Assembly (NCBI GenBank): GCA_963825055.1
Contig: CAWGSK010000034.1
Location: 1 to 64,000, forward strand
Origin: an uncultured Gemmatimonadales bacterium
Lineage (GTDB): Bacteria > Gemmatimonadota > Gemmatimonadetes > Gemmatimonadales > GWC2-71-9
Length of the DNA stretch: 64,000 nt
Direction of reading: 5' to 3'
Shown: in pieces, positions 39,148 to 49,253 of the stretch
How the letters are laid out: each line of letters starts with the position of its first letter
Position numbering within the stretch: the stretch's first letter is position 1
Notes under the pieces: model-generated
Databases searched by the model: none
What the model was told of the DNA's origin: nothing
Seen by the model: the letters and a program-made list of their open reading frames with translations, nothing else
Translations under genes and position numbers: made by a program

Positions 39148-40973
39148 GGGCCCTGCTCCGCCGTGAGGGATAATCGGTCTCGCAACAGCCGCTCCATCTG
39201 ATGGGCTCGGGTAGTATCGGATCCCGCCAGGTCACGATGCTCGCCGGGATCCTGCACGAGATCGAACAGTTCCACCATCGAGTCCCGCCGTGTAATGACA
39301 TGCAGGCCGTGATCCACCAGGCTCTGCATGTCGCCGAGTGCGCCCGGATACCAGCGAGGAAGCCGGATGCCCCGCTGGACCATCGAGAGCGCCGGGCTGT
39401 CCTCGGCGTCCGCCCCGGACCAGGTCCTGGCCAGGGAATGACCCGGGAACACCGTGCTCCCGAGGCCTGCGATGTCCTCCACGGTGGCGGCCAGGTCACG
39501 CAGGCTCACCGGCCGCTCGACCCGGAGGTCGGCGGGAACGCCGGGCCCGAACACCAGCAGCGGCACGTGCAGGGCCTGGATGTAGAGCGTGTGCCCATGG
39601 AAGAAGATGCCGTGCTCACCGAGTTCTTCGCCATGGTCCGCCGTCACGATGACCACCGTGCGGTCCAGGAGGCCCTCACGGTCGAGGTCCGCAAAAAGTT
39701 GATCGAGCGTGTGGTCGATGTACCCGATGGCGCCGTCGTAGGCGGCGACCTCCTCGGCCACCTCGTCCGGCGTGACGAGTTCCCGACGCTCCCGCATGCC
39801 GAACCGGCGCAGGGGGCTCAGCCGGTTCGACCGGGGATGGCCCGCGAACTTCTCGAACCATGGCTCAGGCGGGAGGTAGGGGTCGTGCGCGTCGTAGAAG
39901 TTGAGGAAGGCGAAGAAGGGCCGGCCCCCGGTCCGGGACTGCCAGTCGAGAAACTCGCGGGTGACCATCGGCGCAGTCTTCCGGTTGGCGGACTCGTCGG
40001 TGCCGATCAGCTCGCGCAGGGTCCGCGTGTCGAGCACGCGACGGGAAAGGGTGGCGTCGCGGAACAGGGTTCCCCACCCGAACGGGTGGTCCTCGTAGTG
40101 CACGAATCCCCGGGCGAGGCCGTGTTCGTATGTCGCATAGATCAGGTTAGCCACGAACCCGCCCGTCGCGTACCCCCTGTTCCGGAACGCCTCGGCCAGG
40201 ACGGGATACGTGTCGTCGAGCGGCGTGCGCCAGCCGGTGGAGAGATCGGCAGGGTAGTGGCCCGTGAAGATGCTGGCGTGCGAGGGCAGCGTCCACGGGG
40301 CCGTACTCACGGCCTGGTCGAACACGACCCCCTTCTGGCCGTAGCGCTCGAGCGCCGGGGTGGTCTCCTTCGGATACCCATAGAGGCTGAGTTCCGTGGC
40401 CCGCACCGTGTCCAGGATGATCAGGAGGACGTTGGGTGCGCCTGCCCGCGCCTGGGGCAGCGAAGCCAGCGTGAGGCGTTCCCGCCAGATGCGCGTGCCG
40501 ACCATCGATCCGGCCAGTGCGCCGACGCCGAGGCCGAGCACCAGCGTGATCCGCGGGGCCAGACGTGCCCAGCCGGCGGCATGTCGCTCGATCATCCTGG
40601 CCCCCTGAATCCCGATACCGATCGCCAGCAGGGCGAGCGCCAGCGGGTGGACCTTCTGCCACGCGACGAGGGCGAGGATCGACATGGCGCCCATGGCCAC
40701 CAGCGGGAAGACCGAGACGCCGGGTCGCCAGCGCTCCGGCCAGCGACGCGCGAGGAGGGCCAGTACCAGTCCGGGCAGGGCGAACATGATGAGGTAGGCC
40801 ACCGGCGCCAGCCAGAACGCATCGCGGCTCCGGTTGATGAACTCGTGGAGCGCAAAGCGGCGGACGGCCAGGATGACGGCTTCCGCCACCCCGGTGAGGA
40901 GTGCGACCGCGGCCGCCGACCACACCACCGTCATCCAGGCGGGCGGAGCCGTCCTGCCACCGGGTGAGTTCAT
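39144..40973 (-). CDS. membrane-anchored sulfatase-like (alkaline phosphatase superfamily) protein, copy 5
   Basis: about 5 N-terminal TMs; LDTVR, WTLPSH, YDAHDPY, ADHGE, FHG. Confidence 0.88.
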   Translation of the reverse strand: MNSPGGRTAPPAWMTVVWSAAAVALLTGVAEAVILAVRRFALHEFINRSRDAFWLAPVAYLIMFALPGLVLALLARRWPERWRPGVSVFPLVAMGAMSILALVAWQKVHPLALALLAIGIGIQGARMIERHAAGWARLAPRITLVLGLGVGALAGSMVGTRIWRERLTLASLPQARAGAPNVLLIILDTVRATELSLYGYPKETTPALERYGQKGVVFDQAVSTAPWTLPSHASIFTGHYPADLSTGWRTPLDDTYPVLAEAFRNRGYATGGFVANLIYATYEHGLARGFVHYEDHPFGWGTLFRDATLSRRVLDTRTLRELIGTDESANRKTAPMVTREFLDWQSRTGGRPFFAFLNFYDAHDPYLPPEPWFEKFAGHPRSNRLSPLRRFGMRERRELVTPDEVAEEVAAYDGAIGYIDHTLDQLFADLDREGLLDRTVVIVTADHGEELGEHGIFFHGHTLYIQALHVPLLVFGPGVPADLRVERPVSLRDLAATVEDIAGLGSTVFPGHSLARTWSGADAEDSPALSMVQRGIRLPRWYPGALGDMQSLVDHGLHVITRRDSMVELFDLVQDPGEHRDLAGSDTTRAHQMERLLRDRLSLTAEQGP

Positions 40974-42796
40974 GGATCCGTCGCCGCGGAGCTGTCGGGC
41001 CAGGAGAGTGCAGTGCCGCCGAGCCGATGGCGCAGCCCGGCGCTGAACCCCGCGACCAGCGCGGCGTACTCCGGATCGCCTGCCAGGTTGCGGAGCTGGC
41101 GCGGGTCGGTCGCCATGTCATACAGCTCGCTGGCTCCCGATTCCTCCTGGATGAACTGCCAACGCCCCGTGACCACCGACGCGACCGATCCACGGGAGGC
41201 CGGCCACCCCGCCGGCACGGCCGAGCGTCGGGCCAGTTCCGCCGTGACGGGGGCATCGGACCGGGTAAACAGGTCCGGACCGGGCGCCAGCGCCTTGGCG
41301 CCGGCAAGCGCCTCGACCGTCGCGGGCACCTGGTCCAGGCTGACCGGGCGCGCGACACGCTCACCGGCCGGCACGCGACCGGGCCACCGGATGATGAGGG
41401 GCACGTGGATCTGGTCGGCATAGAGGCTGTGCCCGTGGTACATCAGGCCGTGCTCGCCCCAGCTCTCGCCATGGTCGCCCGTGACGATCACGATGGTACT
41501 GTCGAGGAGGCCACGGGTCCGGAGCGAGTCGAAGAGCGCCCCGAGCGATGCGTCCAGCATCAGGATGGACTCGTCGTACGCGTCCACCAGCGCGCGGAGC
41601 TGTTCCGGCGGTGGAAGTTCCATCTCGCCGGCCAGCGCGCCGATCTCCAGGCGGTCGTACGTGGCCTTTCCGCCCGGCGGCGAGAATTTCCCCGCGAAGG
41701 GTGCCGTGGGGAAGAGCGGGGAATGCACATCGAAGTAATTGAGGAACGCGAAGAATGGCCGGTCACCATCCTGCCTGTCGAGCCATCCCAGGAAGTCCCC
41801 GTTGATGTCCGGTGCCCATTTGCGGCCCGGCACGTCATGCAGGCCGACGTGGGGGAGCCAGTCGTAGGCCAGCATCCGGCCCAGCACCGTGCGCGCGACG
41901 GCGTCGCCCGGCTTCCCGAAGAAGTCTTCGTAGTGGATGAAGCCCCGGTCGAGGTGCGTCTGGCGACCGGTCCAGAACGTGTTCGCGACGAACCCCGCCG
42001 TGACGTAGCCCCTGTCCGCCAGGGCCTCGGCCAGGGTGGGGTAACGATCGTCCAGCCACGGCCGTCGCATGATACCGGCACGGTGTTCGTGCAGCGGCCG
42101 GCCGGTCATCAGGCTGGCGTGCGTGGGAAGCGTCCAGCTGGACGACGCGATGGCGCGGTCGAACACCGTCCCCTCGCGGGCAAAGCGCTCAAGCTCAGGC
42201 GTCGTGGGTCGGCCGTAGCCGTAGAGCGACATGTGGTCGGCCCGCTGGGTGTCCAGCACGATCAGCAGCACGTTGGGGCCGTGCGCGCCGGCCGCCAGCC
42301 GTCCCGTGGCCAGCCGCTCGCGCACGACGCCCCACCCGGTGATGCCGATCATCAGCAGCAGGACCAGCGCAGCCAGCGGAACGAGGGTGCGACGGATCAG
42401 TCCCTGCCAGGCGGTGGCGTGCTTGCTGTAATGACGCGTGAGGGCGACGGCGAAGCCGAGGGCCAGGATCAGGGCGGCGAGGGGCGAGAGGATCTGGCCC
42501 TGGAGGCTGGCGGCGAGCCAGGCGCCGATGAAGACCAGGGCCGCGAAGAGGACCTGGTCCCAGGCCGGCCCCCGCCACGCGCGCGAGAGCAGTGACGCGA
42601 CCGCGCCGACCAGCCCGAAGGCCACGAGGTACACGAGCGGCGCGACCCAGAAGATCTGGGCAGCGTTCCCCGTCCGCCAGGAGAGGGCTCCAGGCACGAG
42701 CGAGAGGAGCCCGGCCTCGGTCGCTTCGACCAGGCCGTAGGCGAGCCCACCCCAGACGGCCATCCGGAGAAGCGACGGGCGGGCTGATACGCTCAC
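40970..42796 (-). CDS. membrane-anchored sulfatase-like protein, copy 4
   Basis: N-terminal TMs; LDTQR, WTLPTH, FDVHSP, GDHGE, YHG. Confidence 0.88.
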   Translation of the reverse strand: MSVSARPSLLRMAVWGGLAYGLVEATEAGLLSLVPGALSWRTGNAAQIFWVAPLVYLVAFGLVGAVASLLSRAWRGPAWDQVLFAALVFIGAWLAASLQGQILSPLAALILALGFAVALTRHYSKHATAWQGLIRRTLVPLAALVLLLMIGITGWGVVRERLATGRLAAGAHGPNVLLIVLDTQRADHMSLYGYGRPTTPELERFAREGTVFDRAIASSSWTLPTHASLMTGRPLHEHRAGIMRRPWLDDRYPTLAEALADRGYVTAGFVANTFWTGRQTHLDRGFIHYEDFFGKPGDAVARTVLGRMLAYDWLPHVGLHDVPGRKWAPDINGDFLGWLDRQDGDRPFFAFLNYFDVHSPLFPTAPFAGKFSPPGGKATYDRLEIGALAGEMELPPPEQLRALVDAYDESILMLDASLGALFDSLRTRGLLDSTIVIVTGDHGESWGEHGLMYHGHSLYADQIHVPLIIRWPGRVPAGERVARPVSLDQVPATVEALAGAKALAPGPDLFTRSDAPVTAELARRSAVPAGWPASRGSVASVVTGRWQFIQEESGASELYDMATDPRQLRNLAGDPEYAALVAGFSAGLRHRLGGTALSWPDSSAATDP

Positions 42797-44583
42797 CGGG
42801 TGTCCGCCTCGGGGGTGCTGTCCGTCCGCGCCAGCTTTCTGGCGGCGGGAGGGTAGAAGGAGGGAAGTGTCTCGCGGAAACGCTTGAGGACCGCCAGCCG
42901 GCTCGCCGAATCCGCGAGGTTGGTGTACTCCTGGGGATCCGTACGCAGGTCGAACAACTGTTCGTGCCCGTCGCCTCGCCGGATGTAATGCATATGGTCC
43001 GCCATGAGCGACTGCATGGGGCCCAGTGACGCGGGGGCACCCGGCCGGTCGAGCGCTTCCTCCACCTCGGAAAAAATGGTTTCGGCGTAGATACCGTCGG
43101 GCAACCAGGCCTGGCGGAGCGGTGTCCCCTCGAAGCTCCCCCGGGGTGCGCCTATCAGGTCGAGGATCGTGGGGGCAAGGTCCCGCAGGGTGACGGGGCG
43201 CGCGACCCGGACCCCCTCAGGAACCAGCCCCGGCCAGCGGATCACGAGCGGTACGTGGATCACCCGGCGGTAGAGACCATTGCCATGTCCGAAGAGCGTG
43301 TGGCCCCCGAACTGTTCCCCGTGGTCGCTCGCGACGATTACCAGGGTGTTGTCGAGCAGCCCTCGGCGCTCCAGGTCGTCGAACAGCAGCCCGAGTTCGT
43401 GGTCCATGTACAGGATGTTCTGGTCGTACCGGTCCACCTCCTGATCGGCACCGGTGAGGCGACTCGCGAACGGCTCTGGAGGGTTGTACGGCTTGTGGGC
43501 GTCAAAGAGGTTCAGGAAGGCGAACCACGGCCGGCCATCTGCCTTCGGCAGCCAGGCCAGGAACGACTGCCGTACCTCCGCGGCCCTCCTCCGGTGCGTG
43601 GTGCGCTCCGGGTCGTAATGGTAGCGCCGGCGGAACACCATCCCCTCGACCACCTGGCCCAGCAGGCTGGAGCGGAGGATCTGGATTGCGTTGGTCGGGA
43701 GAGCCTCGTAATGCACGAACCCGCGGGACAGACCCGATTCCCGCGTCGTGTAGTAAGGGTTGGCGACGAAGCCGGCCGTGACGTACCCGCCGTCACGGAG
43801 GGCTTCCGCCAGCGTGGGAAACTCGTCGTCCAGCGGGACGTGCCACCGGGCGGAGAGTTCGGAGGGCCAGTGGCCCGTGAACATGGTTCCGTGCGAGGGG
43901 AGCGTCCACGGCGCGGGGGCCAGGGCCTCGTCGAAGACGACGCCCCGCTCCGCCCATCGTTCCAGGTTGGGAGTCGTCGGACGGCTGTAGCCGTAGAGTC
44001 CGAGCGACGCGGCCCGCACTGTATCCAGGATCACAAGCAGGACGTTCGGTCTGTCCGACGGCGCGATCCTGCCCATCGCCTGCCGTTCCCGGAGGATACG
44101 CCATCCGGGGACCGCCAAGGCGAGGAGGACGACCAGACCGGCGAGCGCAGGCGTGGTGTGCCGGAGGAGCCGGACGAACCCGTCGCTCCCTCCCTGAAGA
44201 CGGCTCCCGAGCCGGATACCCACGCCGAGGGCGAGTATGGCGATCGCCCAGGTGGCGAGAGCCCCGTTGGCGGCCACCTCGACCAGTGCCGCCGTCGTGA
44301 AGAGCGCGAGCACTGCGCCCAGCAGCGGCAGTGGCACCCAGCGGGGGCGCAGGGCAGCCAGGAGCGAGAGGATGAATGCGGGAACGATCAGGAAGGCGAC
44401 GTTTGACACGGGTGCCATCCAGACGACATCCACCGACGACCACGTAAAGCGATGAAAGACGAACCTGCGCACCAGGAGCACCGCCGCCTCGCCGAGTCCG
44501 GCCGCCAGGGCGAACCAGACAATGGCCAGCAGGACGAGGACGGCGTGATCCGTGGTCGTTCGCGGCCCGCCTCGCCCGGTCAC
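42793..44583 (-). CDS. membrane-anchored sulfatase-like protein, copy 3
   Basis: N-terminal TMs; LDTVR, WTLPSH, FDAHKPY, SDHGE, GHG. Confidence 0.88.
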   Translation of the reverse strand: MTGRGGPRTTTDHAVLVLLAIVWFALAAGLGEAAVLLVRRFVFHRFTWSSVDVVWMAPVSNVAFLIVPAFILSLLAALRPRWVPLPLLGAVLALFTTAALVEVAANGALATWAIAILALGVGIRLGSRLQGGSDGFVRLLRHTTPALAGLVVLLALAVPGWRILRERQAMGRIAPSDRPNVLLVILDTVRAASLGLYGYSRPTTPNLERWAERGVVFDEALAPAPWTLPSHGTMFTGHWPSELSARWHVPLDDEFPTLAEALRDGGYVTAGFVANPYYTTRESGLSRGFVHYEALPTNAIQILRSSLLGQVVEGMVFRRRYHYDPERTTHRRRAAEVRQSFLAWLPKADGRPWFAFLNLFDAHKPYNPPEPFASRLTGADQEVDRYDQNILYMDHELGLLFDDLERRGLLDNTLVIVASDHGEQFGGHTLFGHGNGLYRRVIHVPLVIRWPGLVPEGVRVARPVTLRDLAPTILDLIGAPRGSFEGTPLRQAWLPDGIYAETIFSEVEEALDRPGAPASLGPMQSLMADHMHYIRRGDGHEQLFDLRTDPQEYTNLADSASRLAVLKRFRETLPSFYPPAARKLARTDSTPEADTR

Positions 44584-46337
44584 CGGGAGCTCCCGGCCGT
44601 TCGCGCCGATGAGTCCGCCAGCGCCCGCAGCGCAACGTCCAGACTGTCCCGCCGCATGCGCCAGGCGGAGTCCGCGGCGAGGTTGTCGAGTTCGCCCGGG
44701 TCGGTGGCCAGGTCGTAGAGGTCCGCCGTACCGTCCCCGTTCAGGATGTAGTGCACACCATCGGTGTACAGCGAGTGCATGTCCCCCTTCGACACCGGCT
44801 CGGTGGTGTCGGTGTTGATACCCTTCTGGAGCGCGGAGAACAGCGGGCTCGACTGCCAGGTGCCGGGCGATTCCCAGGCGCCGCGCAGCGGCGTACCCGG
44901 GAGCGGATTGCCGCCGATGCCGGCCAGGTCCACCAGCGTGGCCGGCAGGTCGCGCAGAGTCACCGGCGTCTCGATCCGGTTGCCGGCGGGAACCCGCGGG
45001 GGGTAGAGAATGACGAGGGGGACATGGAGCTGAAGGTCGTACAACGCGTTTCCGTGTTCGGTCAGGTGATGCTCGCCGAGCAGCTCGCCGTGGTCCGAAG
45101 CCACCACGACAATTGTGCGGTCCAGTTCGCCACGGCGGTCAAGCTCCGTGAGGATGGTGTCGATCTGGTCGTCCAGGAACCGGATGCTCGCCTCATAGCG
45201 GCCCGCACGGGTGTTCGAATATTGCTTGCGGTACCCTGTCGGCGCGTAGAACGGCATGTGGGCGTCGTAATAGTTCAGGAAGGCGAAGAACGGCCGCCCC
45301 GAGGGTTTTCCGGACCAACGGAGGAAGCGGTCGGTCACCTCCGTGCCGATCTTCCGGTCATAGGTGCGCCGGGCCGGCGGATTCCGGCGATGGATCCCGT
45401 TCCACCACTGGCCCAGGGCCGTGCTCTTCGCGAACTGCTCCCCGGAGACCTTGTAGTCGCGATAACGCGCGAAGCCCCGGGAGACCCCGGATTCCCGGGT
45501 GGTGTATAGCAGGTTCGCGGTGAAGCCCCCGGTGCGGTAGCCCGCCTGGCGAAAGACCTCGGCGAGCGTCCGTCGCTCGTTATCCAGCGGGTGCTTCCAG
45601 CCGGTCGAGAGGTCAGGCGGGTAGAACCCGGTGAACATGGAGGCGTGGGAGGGCAGGGTCCATGACGTCGTCGCGATCGCCCGGTCGAAGACCAGGCCCC
45701 GCCCGGACCACCGCTCGAGGGCCGGTGTGGTCGGCTGCTCGTAGCCATACAGGCTCAGCGAAGCTGCGCGCACCGTGTCCAGGATGATGAGTAGGACATT
45801 CGGGGCATCCGCCCCCACCCTCCGGGGACCGGCCACATCCTGCTGTTCGCGATATGCCTGGATGACCGGCCTTCCCGCCGCCGCCAGGACGACGACGGCC
45901 GCCGCGAGCGGCATCAGCCGGCGTACCCGGAGGGCGAAAGGCAGGGTGTGCCGGTGCACAGCCCGGCCCACCTGGATGCCGATCCCGAGCGACAGCAGGA
46001 GGAGCGCGATCACCTGCAGGCGGAACCAGAATAGCAGGAACAGGAGGGAGAGCCCCATGAGGCCCGTGGCGAGCCCCACCGTGAGCGCGAGCGGCCAGCG
46101 CCGGCCAAGCACGGCGGCGAGCAGTGCGGCTCCCGCCCCGAGTCCCGCGAAAACCCCGACGTAGTAGAGCGGTACCATCCAGATCATGTCCGTTCCGGTC
46201 CAGACGAACTGGTGAAATACGCTCCACCGGAGCTCAACGACCAGCACTTCGGTGAGCCCGGTGGCGACCCCGATTCCCAGCGCCGCGAACAGGTGGTCCC
46301 AGGGACGCACGCCCGCATGGTCGGCGCTCGAAGTCAT
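44580..46337 (-). CDS. membrane-anchored sulfatase-like protein, copy 2
   Basis: N-terminal TMs; LDTVR, WTLPSH, YDAHMP, SDHGE, EHG. Confidence 0.88.
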   Translation of the reverse strand: MTSSADHAGVRPWDHLFAALGIGVATGLTEVLVVELRWSVFHQFVWTGTDMIWMVPLYYVGVFAGLGAGAALLAAVLGRRWPLALTVGLATGLMGLSLLFLLFWFRLQVIALLLLSLGIGIQVGRAVHRHTLPFALRVRRLMPLAAAVVVLAAAGRPVIQAYREQQDVAGPRRVGADAPNVLLIILDTVRAASLSLYGYEQPTTPALERWSGRGLVFDRAIATTSWTLPSHASMFTGFYPPDLSTGWKHPLDNERRTLAEVFRQAGYRTGGFTANLLYTTRESGVSRGFARYRDYKVSGEQFAKSTALGQWWNGIHRRNPPARRTYDRKIGTEVTDRFLRWSGKPSGRPFFAFLNYYDAHMPFYAPTGYRKQYSNTRAGRYEASIRFLDDQIDTILTELDRRGELDRTIVVVASDHGELLGEHHLTEHGNALYDLQLHVPLVILYPPRVPAGNRIETPVTLRDLPATLVDLAGIGGNPLPGTPLRGAWESPGTWQSSPLFSALQKGINTDTTEPVSKGDMHSLYTDGVHYILNGDGTADLYDLATDPGELDNLAADSAWRMRRDSLDVALRALADSSARTAGSSR

Positions 46338-48241
46338 CGTGGTTCTCCCCTGACGGTGTCGGAGTGCTGCCCGGCGGCCGTGATCGCCGGAGCGTGACGG
46401 GCAGCTGCGAGCACGGCCCGCAGGCCCGGCAACACCGCCTGGCCTGCTGCCGAATCCGCGAGGTCCCGCGCCTCGAGCGGGTCAGTTTCGATATCGTAGA
46501 GCTCTTCCGTCCCGCTGCCGAGGTTCCGGATGTAGCGGTACCGTCCGCTGATAACGGCGGCGAGGTCGCCCTGGCTGGCAGGATACCACTCCGGCTGCCG
46601 GATCACCTTCCGCACCTCGGAAAGCACGGGATCGTCGGGCATCGTGTCCGACCCGGTCCAGAACCGCGCGAGCGACCGTCCCGGGAACGTGGAGTCCACC
46701 CGGCCGAGGGCCAGGTCCAGGATCGTGCGCGGAAGGTCGCGCAGGGACACCGGCGCGGCGGCGGTGCCACCCGCCGGGACCCTCGGCGCCACGATGACCA
46801 GCGGAACCTGCGTGGCCTGGCGGTACACGCTGTTGCCATGGTCGAACAGGCCGTGCTCGCCGAACTCCTCGCCATGATCGCTGGTGACGATCACGATGGT
46901 GTGGTCGAGGAGGCCCCGATGCGCCAGGGAGTCGAGCAGCCGGCCAAGCCGGTCGTCCAGGTAGGCCAGGGCGCCGTCATACGCGTTGCGCGCCCAGTCG
47001 GTTTTCTCAATGCGGTCTGCGTCGCCGGGCTTCGCGTTGCGGGCCAGGCGTGGGTCCGGCTCGGTGCCTTCCGGAATGAAGCGCGAGGCGAACGGTTCCG
47101 GAGGCAGGTAGGGCCGGTGCGCGTCATAGAAGTTGAGGAATGCGAAGAACGGCCGGTCGGGGGGCGCGTGGTCGAGCCAGCCGAGGAAGGCGCCGCTGAT
47201 GTCGTCGGCACTCCGCCGCCCGATGGCGTCCTGGTCACCGATGACGCGGCGGAACGCCCGGTTACGCGCGAAGACCCGTACGAGGGCGGCGTTTCGCGCG
47301 AGCAGCGCCGGTGAGGGCACGTAGTCCTCGTAGTGAATGAAGCCGCGGGCGAGCCCGGTTTCGGCGCTGGTATAGTTGGTGTTCGCGACGAACCCTGCCG
47401 TCACGTATCCTTCGGCCTGCAGTGCCTCTGCGAGGGTTGGCCACGTCCCGCCAAGGGGCACGAGCCAGTCTGCCGCCATCTCGTGCACCGCACGGCCCGT
47501 GAACATCGAGGCATGCGACGGCAGTGTCCAGGGTGCCGTGGAAAAGGCGCGGTCGAACCGGAAGCCCCTGGCGGCGAAGCGCTCCAGGGCCGGGGTCGTG
47601 GGCCGCTCGTACCCGTAGAGACTCAGGTCCAGGTCGCGGACCGTGTCGAGCACGATGAGCAGCACGTTGGGGGTTCCTTCGCGAGCGTCTCCGAGGCCGG
47701 CCAGCGACCGACGTTCCAGCCAGCCGCGGCCAAGGTGAAGCCCCGCCCCGAGCAGCGCGACCAGCAGCAGGAGCACCGGCGCGCCCCACCGGGAGAACCT
47801 GACGAGCGCCGGCTGTCTGGTGACCAGCAGCCGCGCGGCCTGGACGCCGATACCCATCGCCAGGACCAGCGCCGCCACCCGGTGGAATTGCGGGTAGAGA
47901 TAGAACCAGCTGAACGCGCCGAGGAAGACGAAGAATCCCGCCGTGCGGGCGGGGGTGACCAGCCTTGGCAGCAGGAATGCGAACAGGGCGATCGGCACCG
48001 CCACCAGACCGAACACCAGGCCCGTCACGAGCGGCGCCGACCAGATCACGTCCGCACCGGTGAAGAGGAACTCGTGCTGGACGTATTTGCGGACCCCGAG
48101 CAGCAACAGCTCGCCGAATCCGGTCAGGAGACCGAAGGTGAGACCCACCAGCAGGACCGCCCCCACCAGTGCGGTGGGGCGGCCCCGGGCGGAAGGTGGA
48201 AGGTCCTCGCGGGAGGGCCTGGCTGGCTTCGTGGGGTTCAT
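46334..48241 (-). CDS. membrane-anchored sulfatase-like protein, copy 1
   Basis: N-terminal TMs; LDTVR, WTLPSH, YDAHRPY, SDHGE, DHG. Confidence 0.88.
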   Translation of the reverse strand: MNPTKPARPSREDLPPSARGRPTALVGAVLLVGLTFGLLTGFGELLLLGVRKYVQHEFLFTGADVIWSAPLVTGLVFGLVAVPIALFAFLLPRLVTPARTAGFFVFLGAFSWFYLYPQFHRVAALVLAMGIGVQAARLLVTRQPALVRFSRWGAPVLLLLVALLGAGLHLGRGWLERRSLAGLGDAREGTPNVLLIVLDTVRDLDLSLYGYERPTTPALERFAARGFRFDRAFSTAPWTLPSHASMFTGRAVHEMAADWLVPLGGTWPTLAEALQAEGYVTAGFVANTNYTSAETGLARGFIHYEDYVPSPALLARNAALVRVFARNRAFRRVIGDQDAIGRRSADDISGAFLGWLDHAPPDRPFFAFLNFYDAHRPYLPPEPFASRFIPEGTEPDPRLARNAKPGDADRIEKTDWARNAYDGALAYLDDRLGRLLDSLAHRGLLDHTIVIVTSDHGEEFGEHGLFDHGNSVYRQATQVPLVIVAPRVPAGGTAAAPVSLRDLPRTILDLALGRVDSTFPGRSLARFWTGSDTMPDDPVLSEVRKVIRQPEWYPASQGDLAAVISGRYRYIRNLGSGTEELYDIETDPLEARDLADSAAGQAVLPGLRAVLAAARHAPAITAAGQHSDTVRGEPR

Positions 48242-48277
48242 CGGCTCCGGGGAATTAAGGAAGTGGACCCTGCTTTG

Positions 48278-48293
48278 AGCACATATGGTGCCA
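48278..48293 (-). promoter_or_regulatory. sigma54 promoter of the sulfatase-like operon
   Basis: minus strand TGGCAC-CATAT-GTGCT, about 37 bp upstream of the start at 48241. Confidence 0.75.
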
Positions 48294-48464
48294 AGCTATC
48301 CTTCACCCGGAAGGGCATTTGGGCCGCGCGGGCCCGTGCCGCACCCCGGGGCTTCCGGGGGTGGCAAACCCCGCCAAGTCGGGGATTTTTCGCCCCTGAC
48401 AGCCTTGATAGGTATGGTCCTGCACGGAATGTGCAACAGGCGCAGGATTCAAAGCTTACCCGGT

Positions 48465-48482
48465 CGTTGTCCCGGCGCAACA
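48465..48482. promoter_or_regulatory. CGTTG-N8-CAACA palindrome, candidate upstream activator site
   Basis: CGTTGTCCCGGCGCAACA, about 170 bp upstream of the sigma54 promoter; half-site GCAACA at 48433-48438. Confidence 0.55.
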
Positions 48483-48569
48483 TCAGGTGCCGGGCAGGCC
48501 TGACATCCTTTCAGGGACCTGGAGGGATCGTCCTTCGAAGTCATTTATCCGTAACGACTTGGGTGGCAT

Positions 48570-49253
48570 ATGAGCCAGAAGGCGCGCAACGACTGGATCC
48601 GGACCACGCTTCAGGCCCTGCCCCGCTTCTTCCAACTGGCGGGCAAGATGAAGCCCACCGTGCACCTGCCGGACATCCGCGCCCTGGACGAACGATTCAT
48701 CCGGCAGCATGACGTGCGCGGACTGGTGTGGGATGTGGACGGAACATTGATGCCCCATCACAGCCTCGAGGTCGATGCCGCTCTTCAGGAAACATTCCAA
48801 CACCTGCTCCAGCTCGATGGACTCCAGCATGTCATTCTTTCCAACTGTGGCGAGGAGCGGCTGGAGGAACTCGGCCGGATTTTCCCCGGGGTGCCGGTGA
48901 TCAAGGCATACACCGGTGCCGGCAGGGCCGTCGCCCGCCGGCTGGTGGGTGGAGTCGAGTCCTGGCGTGACCTTGAGGGGAACGCGGTCGAACCGGACGG
49001 GCTCACCCCCGTCAAGAAGCCCAGCGCGTTGCCGATCCGGCTGGTGCTGAGGGAAATGGGCGACCTCCCGGGCGAGCAGGTCTACATGGTGGGTGACCAG
49101 TACTTCACGGACATTGCCGGCGCCAACCTGGGCGGCATCCGCTCAGTCAAGGTTCCCACCTGGCAACGCCACAGCTTCCCGTTCGTGCTCCGTACCTTCC
49201 AGCGGGTCGAGGCCGCGCTCTTCCGCGCGCTGCACGGCTCGTCCCGGACCTGA
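48570..49253 (+). CDS. HAD subfamily IIIA phosphatase (YqeG/PGP-phosphatase-like)
   Basis: GLVWDVDGTL, ILSN, KKP, MVGDQYFTDIAGAN. Confidence 0.85.
   Translation: MSQKARNDWIRTTLQALPRFFQLAGKMKPTVHLPDIRALDERFIRQHDVRGLVWDVDGTLMPHHSLEVDAALQETFQHLLQLDGLQHVILSNCGEERLEELGRIFPGVPVIKAYTGAGRAVARRLVGGVESWRDLEGNAVEPDGLTPVKKPSALPIRLVLREMGDLPGEQVYMVGDQYFTDIAGANLGGIRSVKVPTWQRHSFPFVLRTFQRVEAALFRALHGSSRT

Noticed and set aside
39144..48241. Catabolic polysaccharide-utilisation sulfatase cluster
   Set aside because: No C/S-x-P-x-R motif, maturation enzyme, glycoside hydrolase or TonB-dependent transporter in the window; the context is biosynthetic
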